Origin: Octopus bimaculoides
Lineage: Eukaryota
Assembly: GCF_001194135.2 (NCBI RefSeq)
Contig: NC_068986.1
Location: 4,410,875 to 4,474,874 of the forward strand
Length of the DNA stretch: 64,000 nt
Direction: 5' to 3'
In this document: positions 49,323 to 62,890 of the stretch, in pieces
How the letters are laid out: every line of letters begins with the position of its first letter
Position numbering within the stretch: the first letter of the stretch is position 1
Notes under the pieces: generated by a model
Told to the model about the DNA's origin: nothing
The model's database searches: none
What the model saw: the letters and a program-made list of their open reading frames with translations, nothing else
Translations under genes and position numbers: made by a program

Positions 49323-49469
49323 TTGTTCTATCGGTCTCTTTTAGAAGACAGGGACGTAAATAAACCAACACTGATTGTCAAGTAGTTTTGGTGAAATTTG
49401 AACCAAAGCTATTAGAAATAAATTTTAAAATACACCGAAAATTTCCATTTCTTTGGATGATTCTAAGCC

Positions 49470-50441
49470 CCCCTGATGGAGGCTTAACCCCCTGTAATGG
49501 TACAACAGTGTAAGAGTTTGCTTTGAGATATACTTAGATTGTAATTTCTGCAATGTGGTGCATAAATTGTCGAGTAAAGGAGAGGCATCTTTGCCTCCAC
49601 TGATTCAGTTGTAAAGTGTTATTTTGAGGAAAGTTATTTGGTTGCAGATCTCTTTTGAGTCTTTTTATTATCACTGGGTCAGAGATAGTCTCCAGATGGT
49701 AACATTGATTTCAAGGCCTTTCCAGGTAAGTGATTGATCATTCAAAGAGATTTATAGATTGCAAATTTATTCTGTTCATTTACCTATCAGCATAGTGATC
49801 ATTGGTAAACTCCTGAAGTGACACTTTCATTTCCCCTTAGCCCTCACGCCACACAATTGTTGATGTTTATTTGAGTTGGGTCACGCCCTTCCAATTGCAT
49901 CTTATGGCTGTGCTGGTCACCTGTATGGTAAGGAATCTTACATTGGGGAATGGTAACGATTAGGGTAGGGTAGCTGACTACTTATTGTGATCATTCGTCT
50001 TTTGGCTTCCTCTGGCTTTGCTCGAGCATCCATATATTTCCGATTTCAAAGAAATTTGCACAATCAATATATACTCAAATTAAAAAAGATTCCCAACAAT
50101 TCAACTTCTCTGGTTCACCTTAGGAATCCCCTAATAGGAGCTTTAACTCCCACATTTTAGAGCTTCATGTGCTCCATTTTCCAGGAGTAAAATCCTTTGA
50201 ATGGGTTTTATAAGATTTGGATTTTGGAATCTAAGCATAACGGTGAGTAGTATGGGATAAATATGTCATGATTAGAATTTTTGTTAGGATGTGTAAAGAG
50301 GGAAAGAACCCCCATTAAAATTCTTAATCTCCAATTTTGAGGAAATTCGAATCATAGACATTCCAGTTCATTAGAGAAAATATAAAAGGAAAGTCAAATT
50401 CTTCAGTTCCATGTGACATGGGCAACGCCGGGTATCTCAGC

Positions 50442-50444
<3 letters not shown>
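49470..50444 (+). mobile_element. Helitron remnant: very decayed helicase C-terminus followed by the family 3' end
   Basis: Approx. 50050-50444 is homologous to the reverse complement of 25255-25630 and ends GGGCAACGCCGGGTATCTCAGCTAC|T. Upstream fragments PCNGT, KGEASLPPLIQL and SLQMVTLISRPF weakly resemble Pif1-type LCNGTRL / GE.VFIPRI.L / SL..VG.DL..P.F. Confidence 0.65.
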
Positions 50445-50490
<46 letters not shown>

Positions 50491-50993
50491 TGCCAGGCTT
50501 CCACACAGTTTCCATCTGCCATATTCACTTATAAGGCACTGGTAATGTGTAGTGGGATTGAACCTGAAACAATGTGGTTGGAAAAAGAGCTTCTTCACCA
50601 CACAGTCATGCCTGTGCTTATGTAGTTAATACTCACTTGAGTCTTCAAAAATCTAATGCCTTATATACCGTTCTTGCTCAACTGTACTTTCACTTGTTTT
50701 TGTTTTTTATTATTTTGCCTCTAAAATGATTTTTCTTTTTGCTACATGTGCTTTGACATGTGAGAGACGATAATTTACAATGGTAATCAACACAACCAGT
50801 TAATTTGATTATACATTCAAAGGAATAATTCAGTGCCTTTTACTGTCCTATATTTATTTAGCATAGAGTAGATGTTATATCTGTTTTGTTTTCTTTTTTT
50901 TCATTATTTTAGTCGAAAACTGTTAACTAGTATTTAGTGAGGTGTTTGCTAAAAAAATATAATTAATAAAGAAGAAACAATTAGCCTTTTTAA

Positions 50994-51226
50994 CTCTCTT
51001 GATACCAACCTGTCTGACAATATCTTTGGCTTTGTGATACAAGTTTACTGCTTTAAAGTGATCTAAATGAAAAGAAAACAAAAACTCTTCATTAGTATTC
51101 CATGTTTATTCATGTTCCAAACAGCAAGTTGATAATGATGAAGTTATTTTACTAAATTCATTATTTTCAAAATCTTTTGAAACAAAAGCAGAGTATTTTA
51201 ACAGAAATGTAAGTAACAAAAGGCTA
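50994..51226. mobile_element. TTAA-type MITE family 2
   Basis: TTAA-ctctcttgataccaacc..; homologous to 28672-28893. Confidence 0.6.
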
Positions 51227-51253
51227 AATTTTTAAACTTGAAAAAGGGTTTAA

Positions 51254-51800
51254 CCCTTTAGTATTCAGATTATTCTTTGCTACATAGTTAAGTGGTTAGA
51301 ACTTCTGGCTCACAATCATGAGGTAATGAGTTCGATTCCCAGACTGGGCTATATTTTGTGTTCTTGAGCAAGACACTTCATTTCATTTTGCTGCAGTTCA
51401 CTCAGCAGTAAAAATAAGTTGCAACATCACTGGTTCCAAGCGGTATTGACCTTTGCCTTTCCCTTGGATAACATCGGTGGCATGGATGACTGTTAGTCTT
51501 CTATAAACAAACTTGCCTGGACTTGTGTGTCAGAGGGGAACTTTCTGGGTACAATTTTCCTGGTCACTCATGACTGAAGGGCGTCTTTCTACTTCTTTTT
51601 TTATTCTCTCAAATATAAGGCTTGTTTATTCACATTCTTTTGAATCAGCCATTTTGTAGCTTCAAGATTTTGAAGGAGTAATCGTTTTATCTTTGTAAAG
51701 TGACATTGTAGGGTAGGTGTAAGGGGCCAGATTTGGTTGGTGTGAACATAAAACTGGCATAATATTTTGGCTGGATATGGCCAGTTTAAATACGAAATGG
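51254..51800. mobile_element. TTAA-type MITE family 1 containing a family-C SINE (51277-51600)
   Basis: TTAA at 51250-51253 and 51801-51804; SINE flanked by TTATTCT (51270-51276 and 51601-51607). Confidence 0.75.
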
Positions 51801-52259
51801 TTAAACAAAGGAAATAGTTGATTAGGTAGGTTTTTGTATGCTAACTTAGATTTTATTGTAGAGTGATAATCCAGTAAATATGAATATTGAAATAATGATT
51901 AAATGTGATTGAAAGATAATGATACATGGGAATGAGCATGACTAATGCACAAGCTAGTTATTGTAAGTATCCCACAATATCAGAGTTATTAACAAAGCAG
52001 AAATTCAATAATATATGACAATGCAATTAATGGAGAGTCATTTCAGTCTATAGATGATTTAGATATAAAATCATTTATATCTAGATGATTTTATGAACAA
52101 TAAAAAGTCCATACTGATTTAGACATGTGGTGCAAATAGAAACATATATTAATTAAACAATGCCTTGTGTAGGAGTAGACAACTTCTGGAAGATGATAGA
52201 CAAAAGGAGATCAGGAGAAACAATGGTAAGGTGATAATTCCGAATCACGGCATCTTCGG

Positions 52260-52480
52260 TCCTTTAGCATTCAAATTAGTCAGTCAAAACTAATGCTTAT
52301 TTATTCATTTTGTTTTGAATTAATCATGCACTATCTTGTAACTATGAGATTTCGATAAGGTAACTGTTGTTAATTTTTTTAGAATGATATTGTTGGGTTG
52401 ATGTGAAAAACCAAATCTAGCCAGTTTGAACATAAAACTGGAAGAATATTTTGGCCACATATGGCCAGTTTAAATGTGAA
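52260..52480. mobile_element. TTAA-type MITE family 1, decayed
   Basis: cctttagcattcaaatt..aatgcttatttattcatt..aatcatgcactatcttgta..atatggccagtttaaatg. Confidence 0.6.
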
Positions 52481-52777
52481 ATCTGCCCATTTATGATGAT
52501 GATAGAGATGACAATGAACTTTAAGAAAAATCAGTTTGATATATCTTCTAAACTTTAAATAAATTGATTTGTTGTTTGTTGTTCTTTTTCATTTCAATTT
52601 ATCTAAATTTTCATCTAATATTGAATGAAATTAAGATAAATTCATTCAATAATCATCATTTATCGGTGCTTTGACATCTTGCTGATTGCACAAGGCAAAG
52701 AATCTGCCATAGCAATTATCTATCTATCTGTCTGTTTGTCTTTCTGTCTGTATATATGTGTGGATAGATTGATAGAT

Positions 52778-52815
<38 letters not shown>

Positions 52816-54119
52816 TATATGGTCTAAAATATAAACTCTTATTGAATAAACCTGTAAGCTTGATCCCTATTTCAAATTACTATAGATCATATAACAATAA
52901 AAGGGAACTTGAGAAGAATTTCATGAGCCAAAATTATTCTGGAAGGTGTATTTATTTAGTTAATTTATTTATGTATTTATTTATTTTGCATAAATATTAA
53001 TCAATATTATTCACGTCTAATAAAATGAAACAAATCAATCCTGTGTTTTTTTTTGTTTTTTGCTTACACATTATTTTTAGTTGTTTTTTTTTTCTTTTCT
53101 TTTTATTCTTTTATATTTTATCATTATTATTTTTTTCTGACTCATTATCAGCTAGATCAATACCGATAGCTAGATTTATTGCCTCTTTGAAGTCTGCATA
53201 ACATTTTGTGCTAGAAGTGGTTTATTTAGCAACATTGATAATACCCCTGTGCTACATGTAGTTTCAACACAAAATGTCTCTTCTGATCTGAAAAACTGGT
53301 GTAATGAATTCAGTAATTTAAAAACCAAAATATGATGCCACTTATTTACAAAAGGCCTCTTTTTTTTATATTAGTGTTAACAATTTTATTACATAACATA
53401 AATTGTCTCTTTCAAACTATTGCTAATAGTTTAATCATTATTGTCATTCACACTGCCAATACAGTCACTTACTACTGTTACAAATGTTATCATAAATCAG
53501 ACTGTGTCACACAGCATCTACCGTTTCTCCCATAACATTCTTTAAAACTCTTCAGAGTGCTGTTTTTATTGCATATAAAATATCTCCAGGTTTCTCTCAC
53601 AAGGTAGCCAACTCATTCCAGCTGTTGAAATGGGTGAAGATTCAGCTATAGAACTTTCTTCAAGTTATTGTTTTTCCCCCCAGTTCAGCCACGATCAGAT
53701 ATATATCTACGATTAACACTTTTGCTGCCATATTTCTGTTGAAATGCATTGTCTTTGTTTCAATTCATTTTGAAAAATATTGAAGAATTTAGTAAAATAA
53801 CGTCATTAAGTGAGTGTTTGAAACATAAATTAACATGAAAGTTTGATGTAAAGTTTTCCTTAGGTTCGCCCTTCATTCTTCCTCATGTATCTACCTGTAC
53901 ACAATACGCCCTTGTTAAATACCCCCCCCCCNNNNNNNNNNCTTTACTAGTATCCACTCATTACATTCCACCCACCACCTGTACTCCCACTCTCCTTTGG
54001 AAATCTTGTGAACTCGCCCATCTGCTTACCCTCTCCAGTCCCTGGTCCACATCACTATATACAGCACCTTGTACCTTGAGTGTACGATCCATGCCCCATC
54101 CCTGTCACATCTTCACCAG

Positions 54120-54162
<43 letters not shown>

Positions 54163-54249
54163 GAGGTAGCCATGTCTCTCTTCTAATGTAAGATACCTTT
54201 TCTGTCCCTCAGTACTACCCCTGCCTGCCTCAGTTGTGATGCCTTTTCC

Positions 54250-54465
54250 TGCAAATTACCTGATGACCTCACTGCTGTTGGTGCCATGTAAAAAGCACCC
54301 AGTACACTCTGTAAAGGTGTCGGTGTTATGAAGGGCATCAGCGATAGAAGCCATGCCAAAACAGACAGCAGAGCTTGGTGCATTCTTCTGACTTGCCAGT
54401 TCCTGTCAAACCATCTAACCCATGCCAGCATAGAAAATGGAGTTACATGATGATGATCATCATCA
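54250..54465 (+). mobile_element. RTE-type 3' tail (truncated LINE or RTE-tailed SINE)
   Basis: gccatgtaaaaagcacccagtacactctg..gaagggcatc..aacccatgccagcatagaaaatgg..(GAT)n, matching the 3' end of 34290-35516. Similar tails at approx. 3735-3900, 30375-30520, 40790-40995, 41795-41965 and 44700-45025. Confidence 0.65.
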
Positions 54466-55531
54466 TAATGCATCAAATTTATTGTTCAATAAAGTTTGCA
54501 TTATTTATATATACAGCTGACCAATACATCACTTCTGTAAATTCAATAATGAAGTATCATTAGCTGTATACAGCATGATATCAACATCTACACTCACAAA
54601 TATATCACTTAAATGCATAGAATTTTGTACATCTCTCTTCCTTGAAACATTATTGAGCTGTCAAAAGAAAACTTTAACATATACTTTAAATAAAAAAAAA
54701 AAAATTAAAATCCTGTTATAATGTACTTAACCTTTTCTAAGATGCCATGTTAAATATCAGAAGTTGGAATATAGAAATAAATTTTAAAATCCTTTTTTAA
54801 TTTATTTCCATACTTTCTTTTATTGAATCTGTAGAAAAGTTGAATTTCCTCTTACATCATAAAATTATAATCAATGGCTTGTATATAGACTTCTTTCTTA
54901 TTTCTGTTACTGGGAGTGATATTGGCAATTTAATCAATCAAATATAGGTTCTGTTATTTTATCTGCAATTTACTTTTCTATTACCCATCTTTGGGGTAGT
55001 TACCTTGTCAAATACAGATGTTCGTAATTTCTGTGGTTCATACAATAAGCTAAAAGTCTGAACCAAGTCAGTAGTTTTACAGACTATTTTGCAGTGTTCT
55101 GCTGTAAGAATTCCTATATTAAGTGAATTAATTACGTTTAAGTTTCTAAGTGCTTCCAGAAGTGTGTGTGTGTGCATGCGCACACGTGTATATATGTGTG
55201 CATGTGTGTGCACTCGTGTATGTGCGTGTATGTATATAATTATTATTATTATTATTTTACCAGCTGATCAAAAAATAGAAAATTAATATTTTAATAGCTA
55301 ACGCATTAATCATTTAATACAAAAATCAGAGTAAAAATTAATAATGCATATTTTAATAGCTATGACTTCTTCAGCCTCGGTACATGTCAGTTATAATATC
55401 ATAGGTACTGGAAAATACTGGAATTTTCACTCATTTTTTAAAAAGTAAATGACTTTAAATCAATGTTAGAGATAGAACTTCAGTGAGTGTTTTCAGACAT
55501 TAGATGTGATGTGCATTTTAATATTTATTAG

Positions 55532-56228
55532 TGTTAAGGTGGTGAACTGTGTTGGACAAAATACTTAACAGCATTTTTGCCAGATCTTTATGTTCCAAGT
55601 TCAAGTTTCACCTAGGTTGACTTTACTTCTCATTCTTTTAGGCTTGATAAAATATTACCAACTGAACAGTGGGTTTGATGTAATCAACTAACTCCATATC
55701 CATACCCCTAAAATACTGACCTTGTACCAAAATTTAAAACAAGGCAGCAGGCTGGTAGTATCATTACTGCACCAGACAAAATACATAGCAGCATTTCTTC
55801 TGGTTCTTTACACTGTGAGTTCAAAGGCCACTGAGGTTGATTTTGTTTTCATTCTTTCCAGAGCAATAAAATAAGTACTTGTCGAGCACTAAGGCCAATG
55901 TAATCAACTTACCCTTTCCCTCAAAATTCCTGCCCTTGTGCTAACAATTTAAAACAATCATTATTGTTATTGTTATGTCATTAAAAGCTTTGGCTTCATT
56001 ATTATCATTTTGATGGCAATATGAATGATTATAAGTCAGCTCAGCAGGCAAAATGCTTTGAGGCATTTCCTCCATCTGTACATTCTGAGTTCAAATTCTG
56101 CCACGATGGACTTTGTTTTTCATCCTTTTGGGGTTGAGTAAATGAGTACCAGTTGAAAACAGGGTCACTGTAATTGACTTAACCCCTCCCCTGAAATTGC
56201 TGGCCTTGTGCTAAAATTTGAAACCAAT
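55532..56228 (+). mobile_element. Cluster of three decayed family-A SINEs
   Basis: Copies at approx. 55532-55745, 55746-55960 and 56045-56228, each with gagttcaaa..gactttg..ttcat..aagtacc..aaatttgaaacc-type sequence. Confidence 0.65.
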
Positions 56229-56339
56229 AGGATTACCTCAGGACTCTGAACCTTTCAGATGAGATGACAAAGGACCAAGATACCTGGCACCTTGCTGTAC
56301 TCAAGAAGACCCATACTCCATAGCAGAAGTGTTATGGCC

Positions 56340-56570
56340 ACTCCCCTTGGTGAAGAGGATTGGCCAGCAAGAGTCCTGTGCTGGTGCTATGTAAAAAGCA
56401 CTTGTGCCAGTGCCACATGGTGGCATGTAAAAGCACCCAGGACATGCAGTGGTGTGGTTGGCATTAGGAAGTGCATCCTGCCATAGAAATCATGCCAAAT
56501 CAGATTGGAGCCTGGTGCAGCTCTCCGGCTTGCCATTATGGAAACTGAATGTTAAATGATGATGATGATT
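56340..56570 (+). mobile_element. RTE-type 3' tail
   Basis: ggcatgtaaaagcacc..ggttggcattaggaagtgcatc..aaatcagattggagcctggtgcag..gttaaat(GAT)n. Confidence 0.65.
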
Positions 56571-57153
56571 ATACTCATTCTCATGGCTGAAGGTTGGGGC
56601 CTCAAACAGAATCCCCACTCTTCACTACATACTGCAGTCTTATGCTGTGACTATATTCTCCTGTAGATTCCTTTCTCCGCTGCTTCCAGTCTTTGATGTC
56701 TGTGTTCCATTTTCACCTTTGTCACATGCCCATTCTTTATTTGGTTGCAATAATGATAGTTAATTCTACACAGGTTTTTCCCCAACTGCAGTTAGGTAGC
56801 ACAGTGTAAAACCAGCTTCTGTGAGAGGTGTCAAACATATGAGCTGACCATAGTCGTAGGTGTGATAGAATTGATGCCTGGAATAATGGAAGAATGCTCA
56901 TTGCAGTTAATAAATATGATTTGATTTTGTAGTGCTGCTAATGTTTTTAGCTCACACAACTAGAATCTTATGTGTTTCTCACTTTTAATAGTCAATAACC
57001 AGGAAGCAAAATGAATATAGATTCCAGTTTTCAACTAGATGAAAATCTACTGTAGTCCATTTCTTACCAACAAACTAATTTGTCTTTTTGCTATTGTTTT
57101 ATTGGTTTCTTCTCTCTCTCTAAATTCCTTTAGTTACTGTTCTGAATAGTTAA

Positions 57154-57473
57154 CCCTTTAATGTTTAAACTGGCTGTATCTGGTTCAAATATTTTACTTA
57201 AAACTATCCAGATCTGTTCCCTTACACCTATCCAACAATGTCATTCTAAAAATAAACAATCAAATCCTTGAAATATGAGAGCTATGAAACAATCCTTTCT
57301 ACTATAGGTACAAGATCTGAAATTTCAGAGGAGTGGGTAAGTCAATTACATTGACCTCAGTGCTCAACTGGTACTTATTTTATTGACTCTGAAAGGATGA
57401 ATGGCAGATTATCTCAAAACAATGGGAATAAATAAAGTATTACATTTGACGGAGTAATCTGAGCGCTAAAGAG
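57154..57473. mobile_element. TTAA-type MITE family 1 with a family-A SINE fragment (approx. 57290-57405, minus strand)
   Basis: TTAA at 57150-57153 and 57474-57477; cccttta start and taaagag end. Confidence 0.65.
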
Positions 57474-58198
57474 TTAAAGTATTTCGTTGAAAATAGTATG
57501 TTCTATACATTGGTTTTCCATTTTATTTATTTACTTTTTAGTATGAAGGATTTGCCTTTATAATTCTTAGCAATAGTGAAGATTATACTTGTGCTTTGTA
57601 TTTTTGTCTAGGAGCCACAAGAGATGAGTGAACTGATTTACTGAGTTACTCATCCTCAGAAAATTTCTTTTTAAGAATTTTGGAAAAAAGATTCTCAATG
57701 CCAATTGTCTTTCAAGAAATAGATTTCTATTTACGAGGAAAAATTTTCTAAAGTAGTAACTCCTTTATTCTAATTGCCATTTCATTCTTTGGTGTTCTGG
57801 TCATCATTTTCTCTAACAGTTTTGTAGGTTTTAAATAATATTCCTTACATTTCATTTAAACATAGAACTATATCTTCTATCATACGCCATTTCTATAGAT
57901 AGATTTTATGACTATTTTAATTGTGAACTAATTGAATGTTTTTGAAAGGTACTAAAGTGTCCAAAGTGATATTAGAAGGAAGGCTATGAGATCAAATTTG
58001 AAATTTTGATTTCATAATAAATTTAAATTGAACATTTATCTGATTTTGTTACTGAAATAATGTTTTTTATTATCTTCTATATGTTTTTTTATGTTGGAAT
58101 TATAGTAAGCATCACTTACCTTGCCAGTTATTTGCAGCGATTTCAGTTTAATGGACAATGGCAAATAACAGTATAGTACTACCAGTTTCTTGATGTAA

Positions 58199-58415
58199 CT
58201 CTTTTGACGCCAACCCAACTGAGACCATCCCTGGTTCTGTGATACAAACTTCCTGTTTTCAAGTAATCTAAATTAAAGTCTTCCATCAAAATTTTGTGTT
58301 AATTTATGTTCCAAGCACCAAGTCAAAAATGACAAAGTTATGTTAAATTCTTCCTTGTTTTCAAAATTCTTCGAAACAGGCACTGTATTTCAACAGAAAT
58401 ACAATAGTGAAAGGA
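58199..58415. mobile_element. TTAA-type MITE family 2
   Basis: ctcttttgacgccaaccc..gaaagga-TTAA; homologous to 28672-28893. Confidence 0.6.
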
Positions 58416-58781
58416 TTAAATATTGTGTAGTTCTGAGGTTTCTCCATCATTGGATGTAATTGTTATTTAACCTCAGTTCAATTTTGATCAAGCTGATCTA
58501 CTGATCAAGAATATTCTAATAATGACCCTGCTATATGTTTAGTGGTATCAAGGACTATCTCTTGTAACGATCCTTTTCCTTCTTTTTTCTTTTTTTTTTG
58601 TTTAAGACAGTGAGGTAGATTTGGTTACTATTCCTAGCAGGTTGAATATGATCACATCCTGCAGTATTTCCCAACTTTTTCTGTGCCCTGCATTCCTGGG
58701 AAGTGCTTGATGAATTTTCACACTCTTACAAATGTAATATCACATTTGAAGATGGCAAAGTTAACTGGCTAATAACTAATT

Positions 58782-58819
<38 letters not shown>

Positions 58820-59308
58820 TGGGGGTCAGTTCTATTAAGGGGTTGTACTTGCATGGCAAATGATTTTGACCTCAGATTGTGTGTTGAAACTAAAACAATT
58901 GCTGCATAGAAGACACAAGTTAGCCATTTAGAACTACACCAAGACTGTTAACTTCACTTAACATTTATTGTTTCTAATATGGTGTCAAAATTTTCATTGC
59001 TTCAAACTGTAACCTGGTCACTGACAAATGTGTACTGCATCTAAAATTCTTTGATTATATCGCTAAATATATAGTTTGAGATGTTTTCTTTTTGCTGTTG
59101 TTTTTGTTTTTGTTGGCGTAGGTCAGTAGTTCTGGTCAAGTGCTCATAGCTGGTCAGTTAGCAATGATTTTTGGCATTTAGCTGTCTTGTATATGCCTTC
59201 TTTTCTTGTTCATTCTCTCTTTCTTTTGGCATCTTTTTATGAAGAATACAATGTGAGTCAGAAGACTAAACGTTTCAAAGAGTGGCTTTCTGGACAGGGC
59301 AAGTTTGT

Positions 59309-59645
59309 GTAGTAGTAATAGTAATTGTAGTAGTAATAGTAATTGTAGTAGTAATAGTAATTGTAGTAGTAATAGAATTGTAGTAGTAATAGTAATTGTA
59401 GTTGTTATTGTTTTAGTAGTAGTCATGATGATAGCTGTAGCGATGGTGTTATAGTTTGTTGTAACAGTAGTGGGGGCAGTACCAGTGGCTGTTGTAGTAG
59501 TACTTGTCATAGTAGCAGCAACACTAATGGTAGTAGTTGTTGTTGTAGCTGCAGTGGTGGTGGTAGAATCTGCAATAGTAGTAGTAGCAGCAACAGCAAT
59601 GGTAACAGTAAAGTAATACACTTATGTACTAACAATACTAGTAAT
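59309..59645. repeat. 18-bp tandem repeat (5 copies) grading into degenerate (GTA/GTT/GCA)n
   Basis: gtagtagtaatagtaatt at 59309, 59327, 59345, 59363 (17 bp) and 59380, then trinucleotide low complexity. Confidence 0.85.
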
Positions 59646-59799
59646 TATAATGATATTAACAATAGGCACTGGCGTGGCTGTATGGTAAGAAGCTTGCTTC
59701 CCAACCACACATTTGAGTTCAGTCCCATCATGTGGCACCTTCAGCAAGTGTTTTCTCCTATAGCTGCAGGCCAGCCAAAGCCTTGTGAGTGGATTTGGT

Positions 59800-59852
<53 letters not shown>

Positions 59853-60437
59853 CAAGCTCACTGGCTGATTGCAACACCAGTGCCTGTTTTGGCACTGTTT
59901 TTCTATATATTGCTGGTGAGGAGATGAGTCACTGCTATCTCCAGTGGTTGGGCCACCATCATTGACAAGACTAAGGAAGATCAAAATCACGTGATCTGGT
60001 GATCTTGGTGCAGGAGATGGCAGAGATTTATTTCCTCACTAGAAATATGAGCAAGGATGCATTTTGCACCAAAAACCAATGTTAGCGTTTTCTCTCCTGA
60101 TATCTACTGCAGTATGGTTTGTTCTAACAGAACATCCATGTTTAAGTGAGGATAAATTAGTGAATGTTTTTTGATTCGACTATGTACAGTACTGTAGATG
60201 GAAAAAGTGAACTAAAATAGCAAAAGAGCTTTTGGTTTAGTGTATAAAATGCATGTGTAAATTAAGCAATTAGAAAAATTTATAACCCTTTTGCATTTAA
60301 GCTGGCCATATCTGGACCAAATATTCTACCAGCCAGGTCCAGCCTTTCACATTCACTCCACAAAGTCATTCTAAAAATAAACCATTACATCATTGAAATC
60401 TTGAAGCTATAAGAGAACGTAAGATTAATTGAAAACA

Positions 60438-60866
60438 GTGTGATAAGAAGCTTGCTTCCCGGCTACATGGCTCTGGGTTCAGTCCCACTGTGTGGCACCT
60501 TGGACAAGTGTCTTCTACTATAGCCTCAGACCAACCAAAGCCTTGTGAGTAGATTTGGTAGATTGAAACTGAAAGACACCTGTCATGTCTATATATATAT
60601 GTGTGTGTGTATGTGTATGCATATGTGTATGTGTGTGTATCTTTGTGTCTCTTTCCGTCCTCTCACTACCACTTGACAACTGGTGTTGATGCATTTTACA
60701 TCCCTGCAACTTAGCAGTTCAACAAAAGAGACCGATAAAATAAATAAGTATTAGGTTTAAAAACATAAGTCCTGAGGTTGATTTGTTTAGCTTAAAAAAA
60801 AAACCTTTGAAGGCAGTGCTCCAGCATAACCACTATCAAATGACTGAAATAAACAGAAGAAAGATT
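60438..60866 (+). mobile_element. SINE family B, truncating a family-1 MITE (approx. 60285-60437)
   Basis: taagaagcttgcttccc..gggttcagtcccactgtgtggcaccttggacaagtgtcttc..ggcagtgctccagcat. Confidence 0.75.
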
Positions 60867-62504
60867 CGACAGAGTACTCTAAATGCTAAATGGCTAAACC
60901 ATGAAATCCGTCACAGTTATGAACATAAAAAGGTTAAATCCACAAATGTAGAATAATAAAATTCTTTGTATGTTGAATAGGATTACATTATTTGTGAGAA
61001 TTACTTATTAATTTTATTAATTAAAACAATTTTAATACAGCATATGCTTTCCTTCTTTGTTGCATGCCATGAAATCTCCACTGAGATCCCTAAGTGGAAC
61101 AGGCACCCCAGGTTATGAACTTTTGGTTCAGAGGCTTCCTTGTTAGATATTTTACATGGAAAAGGATAATTATGAACCAGCAAAGAATATTTATTTTCAT
61201 ATCTTAACCTTCTGCTTGCTTGCTTACTTTGTTTAAAATATTTGAAAGACAAAAAAATAAATAAATAAATAATAGTATAAAAGAATTTTCAACTTTAATT
61301 ATTAAAAACTTGGTTTTTTTCCACTCAAAGAATTTCCCTTTTAAATCTTAATTTCTTTTTAAAGTCTGTGCAATATAAACAACTTAATGTTTATATCCAT
61401 GCAGTCTAATCTAAACACAACCAATGGAGCAGACTGTCCAAAAGTTTTGATAAGATCTTTTTTCCTTCTTTCCATATAATAAAGAATAGTGAAAAGTTTT
61501 GTTTAAAAAAAACATCACAAAAACTGCAAGGTAACTAACTGTCTTCAATCATTTTCTAATCTTTACTTTTGTACAACTTCCAAACTTTACGTCTACTATA
61601 AGGACATTCATTGGTCTAGAAAATGTACATGATTAATTTTCATGATATTCTTTTACTTTCCACATAAGGTAGATATTTATTACCAGATTAATTATCTAAA
61701 CACTCTTGCTGCAATAATAAACCATTTCCATTCAATCAGTGAAGGATAGATCATATTTACATTAATGCTGAATAAAATTTGTAACATAATGCTTACAATT
61801 AAATTCTGAAGATATTTTATCTACCCACTTCATATGTTGGAAACTGCTTAAACAAACCATTATCTTCTATAACTTTAGTTTTATTTATTTCATCTTTTAT
61901 TATCATTATGTTTAAGAAAGGCCCAATATGGGAATATTTGGCTAAAATAGGGGTGTGTTCATGTGAGATTAGTGTGGCTATTGACTTTGGAACACCAGGA
62001 AGATTATTTACAAAAGTAGCAGATTCCTAATGTTATTGACTGGGAATATGTACTATAGCAGCTACAGGCACATAAGCTTGTGTGTTCATATATATATATA
62101 TATATANNNNNNNNNNNNNNNNNNNNNNNNNNNNNNNNNNNNNNNNNNNNNNNNNNNNNNNNNNNNNNNNNNNNNNNNNNNNNNNNNNNNNNNNNNNNNN
62201 NNNNNNNNNNNNNNNNNNNNNNNNNNNNNNNNNNNNNNNNNNNNNNNNNNNNNNNNNNNNNNNNNNNNNNNNNNNNNNNNNNNNNNNNNNNNNNNNNNNN
62301 NNNNNNNNNNNNNNNNNNNNNNNNNNNNNNNNNNNNNNNNNNNNNNNNNNNNNNNNNNNNNNNNNNNNNNNNNNNNNNNNNNNNNNNNNNNNNNNNNNNN
62401 NNNNNNNNNNNNNNNNNNNNNNNNNNNNNNNNNNNNNNNNNNNNNNNNNNNNNNNNNNNNNTTGTGTGTTATTTTAAATGGCTTATAAACACCTTCCACG
62501 TTAC

Positions 62505-62539
<35 letters not shown>

Positions 62540-62714
62540 CATTTATTGTTTACTTGTTTCATGCATACATGTTTGTGTGGTTAAGAAATTTACTTCTCAA
62601 CTACATGGTTTTGGATTCAGTCTCACTGCATGGCACCTTGGACAAATCTCTTCTACTCTAGCCCTGGACAAACCAAAGCCTTGTGAGTGAGTTTGTGTGT
62701 GCATGCGTGCATGC

Positions 62715-62890
62715 TGGGAAAAATGCACAGCAGTATTTCGTCTGTCTTCACATTCTGAATTCAAATTCTGCTGAAGTCAACTTTGCCTTTCATTATTTCA
62801 GAATCAGTAAAATAAGTACCAGTTGAGCAATGGGGTTGATGTAATCAACCTATCCACTTCCACAAAATTCCTCATTCCAAAATTTGAAAC
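62715..62890 (+). mobile_element. SINE family A, decayed, directly after a family-B head (62570-62700)
   Basis: cagtatttcgtctgtc..tctgaattcaaattctgctgaagtcaactttgcctttcat..aaataagtaccagttgag. Confidence 0.65.

Noticed and set aside
49648-49725. 78-bp open segment with CAG|GTAAGT donor
   Set aside because: Lies within the Helitron helicase remnant and has a weak pyrimidine tract; exonisation cannot be supported without RNA data.
59178-59621. Thr-rich mucin-like ORF on the minus strand
   Set aside because: Arises from degenerate trinucleotide repeats, shifts register midway into poly-Leu, and has no signal peptide or splice support.
59890-60110. Possible Tc1/mariner-type remnant on the minus strand (..PRSPDH..)
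   Set aside because: Only a partial SPD motif and no TIRs found; too decayed to support.
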